Positions 19,849-25,804 of a stretch of 25,804 nucleotides of DNA are shown here, piece by piece (position 1 is the first letter of the stretch; every line of letters begins with the position of its first letter). The stretch is from a virus. Its lineage: Duplodnaviria > Heunggongvirae > Uroviricota > Caudoviricetes. The DNA lies in IMG/VR virus record IMGVR_UViG_2897352509_000001; one strand, written 5' to 3'. The translations under genes and the position numbers were made by a program. Under the pieces are notes generated by a model. The model was not told the DNA's origin. It saw only the letters and a program-made list of their open reading frames with translations, and made no database searches.

Positions 19849-20057
19849 GTGTCTATGCCTCAGCGCATCCATTTTTAGGGCTGTGGTGTTTATGCTTACA
19901 CCATGGTTCTATCGAGATAATGGTAGTCCGGGCGGGGCAGCCTCACGAAGCGCCGGTTTCCAATGTTGCCGGTTACGCCAACCCCGTCTGGGCTACCACC
20001 AGTGAAATTGGCGTTTCCAGTGGTAGCAGTCACATGCAAACATTGGAGGTTGCCACT

Positions 20058-20252
20058 ATGGCTACGACCCTCACCCCGTCACACCCGCAGTTTGTCTTTG
20101 TGTTTGCCGCCGTTCGTCGCGCAGACCGTAAACCCCGTATTTGCATGCTTCGCACTGTCTCCTGCGATGAGCGTTCCGCGCGCCGTTTGCTAGTCCGAGA
20201 TTATGTACTCTCCCTTTCTGCACGGCTGCCTGCCGGGGAGGTGACGCTATGA
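20058..20252 (+). CDS. Small hypothetical protein, first gene of the replication operon
   Basis: ATG at 20058, 7 nt after GGAGG; about 64 aa ([25 protein letters not shown]...). Its stop overlaps the next start (ATGA). Confidence 0.45.
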   Translation: MATTLTPSHPQFVFVFAAVRRADRKPRICMLRTVSCDERSARRLLVRDYVLSLSARLPAGEVTL

Positions 20253-20470
20253 ACCAGTTTGAGATTTCCTACGACGATGTTGTAAGGCTGAAACATTTAC
20301 GCAATGTGGGTGAGTATGTAACTGGCATGGCAGCCCTGCAGGACTGTTATGAAAAGCCAGCAGGTGCCCAATGCGAACAACTGGTTTCCCTCATTTATCT
20401 GATGACAGAGCAACTGGATGGAGTGGTGCAACGCTGCCATGACGACCTGATGAATGCGGAGGTGGCCTGA
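20249..20470 (+). CDS. Hypothetical protein (73 aa), translationally coupled
   Basis: Start overlaps the upstream stop and its stop overlaps the downstream start. Confidence 0.55.
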   Translation: MNQFEISYDDVVRLKHLRNVGEYVTGMAALQDCYEKPAGAQCEQLVSLIYLMTEQLDGVVQRCHDDLMNAEVA

Positions 20471-20793
20471 TGATATGCTGTGAATCTCTTCTGGCACTTC
20501 GTGCCGCTCTGTATCGCCGTGCCGTTGCCTGTGCCTGGCTGGCTCTAAGCAATCATCAGGAACGTTATTCCGGCCTGACGCTCGCTGAACTTGAAGATGC
20601 CATAGCCCGCGAGCTGGAAGGGTTCTATCTGCGCCAGCATGGGCAGCAAAGAGGGCTGGAAATTGCCTGCGCGTTGCTTTCGGATCTGATGGAGTCGGGG
20701 CCGCTTAAAGCCTGTCCGGTTCTCTCACTGCTCGGAATGACGGTCATGGATGAACTTTGTTCCCGTCACCTCAACAAACCAGCGCTGCACTAA
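20470..20793 (+). CDS. Hypothetical protein (107 aa), immediately upstream of the primase
   Basis: Coupled ORF (TGATG overlap); occupies the position of the small genes preceding alpha in P4. Confidence 0.55.
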   Translation: MICCESLLALRAALYRRAVACAWLALSNHQERYSGLTLAELEDAIARELEGFYLRQHGQQRGLEIACALLSDLMESGPLKACPVLSLLGMTVMDELCSRHLNKPALH

Positions 20794-20806
20794 GGAGGGC
20801 CGCACA

Positions 20807-23140
20807 ATGTCAGGAATGAAAGTTAGCCAGGCTGAGAAAGCAGCTCGGGGTCACTGGTCAAGAATTTTACCTGCGCTGGGCGTAAATGTACTGAAAAATC
20901 GGCACCAGCCCTGCCCGGTCTGTGCCGGGAAAGACCGCTTTCGATTTGATGACCAGGAAGGGCGGGGAACGTGGTTCTGTAACCAGTGCGGGGCAGGTGA
21001 TGGCCTGGCGCTTGTAAGTAAAGTACTGGATGTAGGCATTAGTGAAGCGGCAGACAGAATAAACGGCATTATCGGAAACCTGCTGCCAGTATCTCAGGGA
21101 ATGCTTGAATCTGGTTCTCCTGAAAAAGAGGACGGGAGAAAAGCTGCAGCAGTGCTGGCTGCCCGTTTGTTTGATAAGTCCCGCCAGACCACTGGCAATG
21201 CCTATCTGACGAGTAAAGGGTTTCCTGCACTGCCTTGCCGGGAATTAACCGCTATGCATAAAGTCGGTGGTGTGGCATTTCGCGCGGGAGATCTTGTCGT
21301 TCCATTGTATGCAGATGGAGAGCTGGTAAATCTGCAGTTAATCAACGCTAATGGGGGCAAATGCTTCCTTAAAGGCGGTCAGGTTAAGAATGCCTTTTAC
21401 CTGGTTGAAGGTACTGCCAAAGCAGCCAAACGGCTCTGGATAGCGGAAGGATATGCCACCGCACTTACTATCAACTATCTGACTGGCGATGCTGTCATGG
21501 TGGCCTTTTCGTCCGTCAATTTCCTTTCCCTGGCGAGCATTGCCTGCAGTGAGTACCCAACGCACCAGATAATTATTGCTGCTGACCGCGATCTCAACGG
21601 TGCGGGGCAAACAAGGGGCGCAGCTGTTACCGGGGCCTGCAATTGCACAATGGCGCTCCCGCCTGTGTTTGGTGACTGGAACGATGCATTCACGCAAAAC
21701 GGCGAAGAAGCCACCCGGCATGCAATTCATGAAGTAATAAAACCAGCTGTTGCCAGCCCCTTCGACACAATGAGCGAAGCTGAATTTACCGCGCTGAGCG
21801 TCAGCGAAAAAGCGCAGAGGGTAGTGGATCACTATAAAAATTCACTGGCAGTAGACCCGAACGGGCAGCTCCTTTCACGCTATGAGGCGGGGGCCTGGAA
21901 AGTTATCTATTACGCCGATTTTGCCCGTGATGTCGCTGCGCTGTTTCAGCGCCTCGACGCACCTTTTTCATCCGCGAAAATTGCGTCTCTCGTGGAAACC
22001 CTCAAACTGATCGTTCCGCAACAGCAGAATCCGGCGCGGCAACTTATCGGATTTCGCAACGGTGTGCTCGATACCCGGACAGGATTGTTCAGCCCGCACG
22101 ATAAGAAGCACTGGTTACGTACGCTGTGCGAGGTGGATTACACGCAGCCCGTTGACGGTGAGTCACTGGAAACCCATGCCCCGGCATTCTGGCGCTGGCT
22201 GGATCGTGCCGCAGGTTTTAATCCTGAAAAACGGGACATTATTCTGGCTGCATTGTTTATGGTGCTGGCTAACCGTTATGACTGGCAGCTGTTTCTGGAG
22301 GTCACTGGCCCTGGCGGAAGTGGAAAGAGTATTCTTGCTGAAATAGCAACCATGCTGGCGGGTGAAGATAACGCGACCTCGGCAACCATTGAAATGCTTG
22401 AGTCGCCAAGAGAACGAGCTGCGTTAATAGGTTTTTCACTGATTCGACTTCCCGACCAGGAAAAGTGGAGCGGTGACGGGGCCGGACTAAAAGCCATCAC
22501 TGGCGGCGATGCGGTATCCGTTGATCCCAAATATCAGAACGCCTATTCAACCCACATCCCGGCGGTCATCCTGGCTGTGAACAATAATCCGATGCGCTTC
22601 ACTGATCGTAGTGGTGGAGTTTCACGCCGAAGGGTGATCCTGCATTTCCCCGACCAGATAGCCCCGGAGGAACGCGATACCCAGCTCAAAGAGAAAATTG
22701 CCAGTGAGCTAGCGGTGATTGTTCGCCAGCTTATGCAGCGTTTCAGCGACCCAATGAGTGCCAGGACATTGCTTCAGTCACAGCAGAACTCCGATGAAGC
22801 GCTCACCATCAAACGTGATGCTGATTCAGCTTTTGATTTTTGCGGCTACCTTGAGGTCCTACCTGACACCACGGGCATGTTTATGGGGAACGCTAATATT
22901 GTTCCACGTCAGCCTCGAACTTACCTCTACCATGCCTATCTGGTCTACATGGAGGCTAACGGCTATAAAAATACGCTCAGTCTGACCATGTTTGGCAAGG
23001 GGCTACCGTTAATGCTCAAGGAATATGGGCTGCAGTATGAGAAACGACGGACCAATCAAGGAATGCAGACTAATCTGGCCCTAAGAGAGGAAAGCAATGC
23101 TGACTGGTTGCCAAAATGCGATGAGTTTGCAGCGAAATAA
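20807..23140 (+). CDS. P4 alpha-like primase-helicase (zinc-binding primase domain plus SF3/D5-type helicase)
   Basis: ATG at 20807 preceded by AAGGAGGG. Has a Cys-rich zinc motif (CPVCAGKDRFRF...WFCNQCGAGDG) and a P-loop (TGPGGSGKS). 777 aa. The listed ORF 20750..23140 is an upstream extension. Confidence 0.9.
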   Translation: MSGMKVSQAEKAARGHWSRILPALGVNVLKNRHQPCPVCAGKDRFRFDDQEGRGTWFCNQCGAGDGLALVSKVLDVGISEAADRINGIIGNLLPVSQGMLESGSPEKEDGRKAAAVLAARLFDKSRQTTGNAYLTSKGFPALPCRELTAMHKVGGVAFRAGDLVVPLYADGELVNLQLINANGGKCFLKGGQVKNAFYLVEGTAKAAKRLWIAEGYATALTINYLTGDAVMVAFSSVNFLSLASIACSEYPTHQIIIAADRDLNGAGQTRGAAVTGACNCTMALPPVFGDWNDAFTQNGEEATRHAIHEVIKPAVASPFDTMSEAEFTALSVSEKAQRVVDHYKNSLAVDPNGQLLSRYEAGAWKVIYYADFARDVAALFQRLDAPFSSAKIASLVETLKLIVPQQQNPARQLIGFRNGVLDTRTGLFSPHDKKHWLRTLCEVDYTQPVDGESLETHAPAFWRWLDRAAGFNPEKRDIILAALFMVLANRYDWQLFLEVTGPGGSGKSILAEIATMLAGEDNATSATIEMLESPRERAALIGFSLIRLPDQEKWSGDGAGLKAITGGDAVSVDPKYQNAYSTHIPAVILAVNNNPMRFTDRSGGVSRRRVILHFPDQIAPEERDTQLKEKIASELAVIVRQLMQRFSDPMSARTLLQSQQNSDEALTIKRDADSAFDFCGYLEVLPDTTGMFMGNANIVPRQPRTYLYHAYLVYMEANGYKNTLSLTMFGKGLPLMLKEYGLQYEKRRTNQGMQTNLALREESNADWLPKCDEFAAK

Positions 23141-23147
23141 CTGACCT

Positions 23148-23168
23148 AAGACCGGCTGTGCCGGTCTT
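23148..23168. terminator. Strong hairpin between the convergent primase and 23273..24229 genes (AAGACCGGctgtgCCGGTCTT)
   Basis: 8-bp perfect stem, 8 nt after the primase stop. It lacks a clear U-run on either strand, so it may be a bidirectional terminator or an RNA-stability element. Confidence 0.45.
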
Positions 23169-23272
23169 AAATCCGCTACAGGAAATTATCTCAAAATATA
23201 TATCGATAAAATTTAAAAGTTATATGCTAAGGCGTCAGCGGAAAATGCATCTAATTCATTGTTAGATGATGT

Positions 23273-24229
23273 TTATTTTTGAATTGATTTAAACATCCCA
23301 TCGAGTTGTAATTTATTTATGTCGGTTTTCTTTATGGCTTTAATTAAGTTTTCAATAACTTCCAAAGAAAAAATTACATCTTTCTTTTCAATTCTAACCC
23401 CCCCGTGGTGGCTGCAAGCATTAAGGATGTCCTTTGTAATTTCAACATCATTTTTCATTAATGGTTCATAGTCCAGAGCCTCAATAACAGAAACTAAACT
23501 ACCTAGCATTTGCTCTTGGTATTGAACGTTGTTTAAATGCATTATACGAATATTAACAAGCATGAGAATATATTCTAAATATCTCCTGGCAGTATTTCCT
23601 TTCTCTTGTAAAGAATCACGATCATATTCCTCAATACTCATGACTTCATTATGTAAAGAGGCTATTTTGTGCTCTGCTAATGAAATATTTATCGCATCCA
23701 TGAGGTTTCGTGAGAAGCCTGTAGATGTAACATGACCATTTGCGGGCCTTGTTAAAATACATGTAGTATAGCAATTTATATTTGGGGTCTGGATTGTCTC
23801 ATTTACTCTTTTAACCGTTCTATAAACGTCTACCATATAAGAACCTGAGTTTTCAAATGAACATGAAGAGCATTTTGTATTATATATTCTATTTAGAGAT
23901 AACTGATTGTGATAGTATCCCTTTAAGAAAGCATATATAGTGTCATTAAACTCGACAAACACAACGGACTCAATATATATATGGAATTTATCATTGGGGT
24001 GCCACTCTAATTCAAGTCTTCTTGTAGAGTCATCAAAGGAAAAGTTTGAAATAAAATCCCAGTTACCTAAATCTATAAAATCAACGATATTTCTACCTGC
24101 ACCATGGATATTTTTATTTATTAAAGTTGTGATTGAGTTTTTTATAATGTCCCAATCATGAATTTCATGATCGAATTTATTATTGATGGTTTCTTTTATT
24201 TGATTGGAAAAGTTTGAATAACTAGTCAC
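23273..24229 (-). CDS. AT-rich hypothetical protein (318 aa) between the primase and the right attachment repeat; candidate second cargo gene
   Basis: Long clean ORF with low GC like the int-side cargo. I recognise no motif in it. Confidence 0.6.
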   Translation of the reverse strand: MTSYSNFSNQIKETINNKFDHEIHDWDIIKNSITTLINKNIHGAGRNIVDFIDLGNWDFISNFSFDDSTRRLELEWHPNDKFHIYIESVVFVEFNDTIYAFLKGYYHNQLSLNRIYNTKCSSCSFENSGSYMVDVYRTVKRVNETIQTPNINCYTTCILTRPANGHVTSTGFSRNLMDAINISLAEHKIASLHNEVMSIEEYDRDSLQEKGNTARRYLEYILMLVNIRIMHLNNVQYQEQMLGSLVSVIEALDYEPLMKNDVEITKDILNACSHHGGVRIEKKDVIFSLEVIENLIKAIKKTDINKLQLDGMFKSIQK

Positions 24230-24758
24230 TTGTTAGCCTCAAAATTAATAATGAGTATTAAAATTTAATTGATATTGTCTATAAAATGTAGCGATGCAAT
24301 TTTATTGCAACGAAATGATTTTTACAACATACCATTATCGCTAAACAAAATCGCACCCATCAAATCAACTTACGTTACAATCACTACAAAGCGATTGCAT
24401 TTAAATTCAAAACAGTTTTCTGTTGGGCGCATTTTTTGTTGTACTGGACTAAAGAGAAAAAATGGGGTAAGGAACAAATACCTTCCGTGCTCAAAAATTA
24501 GGTTTTTATGCACTTATTAATCAGTCAAGGTGAACAGTAAAGTGTTCACTTCTTATCAATCGTTAATTTCATATCTTTTTGAATATTAATGAAAAAAAAC
24601 ACAATGAGTAGTATGAACAGTTATCCCCCAAAAAAAGTTTTTTCTGCCTTGAGAATGCGCGGAAAGCGAACGCCTTCACCAATGTGTATAGGGGTGTGTG
24701 TAGTTTAAATCTTCTATTTTAATTTATGTATTAAAATCATTGTGTTGGTGGCGATTAT

Positions 24759-24778
24759 TGGTTCCTATTATCGCACCA
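24759..24778 (+). repeat. Right attachment repeat of the P4-like satellite (degenerate copy of the tRNA-Thr 3' end)
   Basis: tggttcctattatcgcacca versus ggttcgactcctattatcggcacca at 11869-11893; the shared core is cctattatcg(g)cacca. Confidence 0.65.
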
Positions 24779-24904
24779 TTTAAATCAAGTAGTTACCCCA
24801 TATTCAAATACACCACGTTTCCTCCTGTGCCGTATTTATGCCATTGTAACCCTGGCAATTAATCAAAATACTGTTCTGACATCAGGCAATGCAGGTGCAG
24901 ACAT

Positions 24905-25804
24905 TTAAGCCAATTGCTGCCGCCATTCCTTGACGTGGTCAATCAGGGCGCGGAGCTTTGGTGCAATATTGCGACGCTGTGGGAAATACAGATAGAAGCC
25001 CGGAAATTGTGGAAGAAAGTCATCAAGCAGAGATACAAGCTTACCGCTTTCAATATACGGCCTGAAAGTTTCCTGAGTGGCAATTGTTATTCCTCCGCCG
25101 GCAAGAGCCAGCCTCAACATCAGACGCAGATCATTAGTCGTAATCTGCGGTTCAATCGCAAGGTCGAAAGCTCTCCCGTTTTCTTCAAATGGCCAGCGAT
25201 AAGGCGCAACCTCCGGGGACTGACGCCAGCCGATACACTTATGATTCACAAGTTCACGCGGATGAACAGGTGTGCTGTTGGCTGCGAGATAGGAGGGAGA
25301 GGCAACGACCATTTCACGCTGCCTGCCGGTAAGGGGCACAGCAATCATGTCTTTTTCAATGACCTCTCCGAGCCTTACGCCAGCATCGTAACCTGCGGCC
25401 ACGATATCGAATTCCTCATCCGTTACAACAATATCAAGCGTAACGGCTGGATTGGCAGCTGCAAACGAAGCGATTAGCGGACCTGAAAGAAATTCTTCTG
25501 CTATCGACGTCACCGCGATTCTGAGATGTCCACGTGGTACATGGTCAGAGACCATCTCTTCGAACGCTGCCTCAATACCGGATAAAGGTAATGACAACGA
25601 TTTATGCAGCCGTTCTCCCGCTTCCGTCAAATTAACTGAGCGCGTGGTCCGCATTACAAGCATTGTCCCGAATGCATCTTCAAGACGTCTTATTCCCTGA
25701 CTGACCGCTGAACGGGTAACGCCCAGTCGTGCGGCGGCTTTACTGAAATTACTCTCTTCTGCTACCGCGATAAAAATGGGTAAAAGATTAAGATCGATTT
25801 TCAT
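24905..25804 (-). CDS. LysR-family transcriptional regulator
   Basis: 299-aa ORF with an N-terminal LysR HTH (MKIDLNLLPIFIAVAEESNFSKAAARLGVTRSAVSQGIRRLE) and a C-terminal substrate-binding domain; normal GC, so probably chromosomal backbone. Confidence 0.9.
   Translation of the reverse strand: MKIDLNLLPIFIAVAEESNFSKAAARLGVTRSAVSQGIRRLEDAFGTMLVMRTTRSVNLTEAGERLHKSLSLPLSGIEAAFEEMVSDHVPRGHLRIAVTSIAEEFLSGPLIASFAAANPAVTLDIVVTDEEFDIVAAGYDAGVRLGEVIEKDMIAVPLTGRQREMVVASPSYLAANSTPVHPRELVNHKCIGWRQSPEVAPYRWPFEENGRAFDLAIEPQITTNDLRLMLRLALAGGGITIATQETFRPYIESGKLVSLLDDFLPQFPGFYLYFPQRRNIAPKLRALIDHVKEWRQQLA

Larger units (their letters stand above)
11878..24778. mobile_element. P4-like phage satellite (integrative element, ~12.9 kb) with cargo slots
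   Basis: Imperfect direct repeats tcctattatcggcacca (11878-11893) and tcctattatcgcacca (about 24762-24778). Contains P4-type int, ogr/delta, psu, sid, alpA and an alpha primase-helicase in P4-prophage order; accessory genes sit between int and the late genes. Confidence 0.8.

Noticed and set aside
19695-20057. N-terminal two-thirds of the 185-aa ORF 19695..20252
   Set aside because: The translation is low-complexity (Ala/Val/Phe/Ser runs) with no RBS at its start, and it spans an intrinsic terminator. Only the last ~64 codons from the ATG at 20058, which has a GGAGG RBS, look like a gene.
21338-21832. 164-aa minus-strand ORF inside the primase gene, and similar antisense ORFs inside cI (3323..3571, 3507..3725) and the integrase
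   Set aside because: They lie wholly within strongly supported genes on the opposite strand; no independent evidence supports them.

Overview
This window reads as an E. coli-type accessory region built from stacked mobile elements. (1) 1-9764: a heavily deleted lambdoid cryptic prophage with e14-like architecture. It has an N-terminally deleted, frameshifted phage-21/DLP12-type integrase fused to a 20-codon stub of lambda N, nutL and OL/PL, an IS629-like IS3-family insertion, a rex-position accessory gene cut by that IS, an intact lambda-type immunity core (cI, OR, cro, nutR, cII), an O gene broken by a 23-bp duplication of one ori iteron, a P stub fused to a Mu/P2-like invertible tail-fibre module with a Pin invertase, a GIY-YIG nuclease-domain gene, and a tRNA-Ser 3' fragment at the right end. 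(2) 9765-11877: an AT-rich AppY-like AraC-family regulator and a truncated IS2-family remnant. (3) 11878-24778: a ~12.9 kb P4-like phage satellite (P4-type integrase, Ogr/Delta, Psu, Sid, AlpA, alpha primase-helicase) bounded by imperfect direct repeats derived from the 3' end of tRNA-Thr. Its int-proximal cargo slot holds the most interesting locus: a Mrr-like PD-(D/E)xK nuclease-domain protein, a small helical protein and a Rad50/SMC-like coiled-coil ABC ATPase. This resembles Lamassu-type or ABC three-component defence systems, but the reading frames are interrupted at two A7 tracts and one in-frame TAA. (4) 24905-25804: a LysR-family regulator, probably chromosomal backbone. No CRISPR array, rRNA or complete tRNA gene was seen. 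All homology statements come from reading the translations and recalled family motifs; no database search was run.
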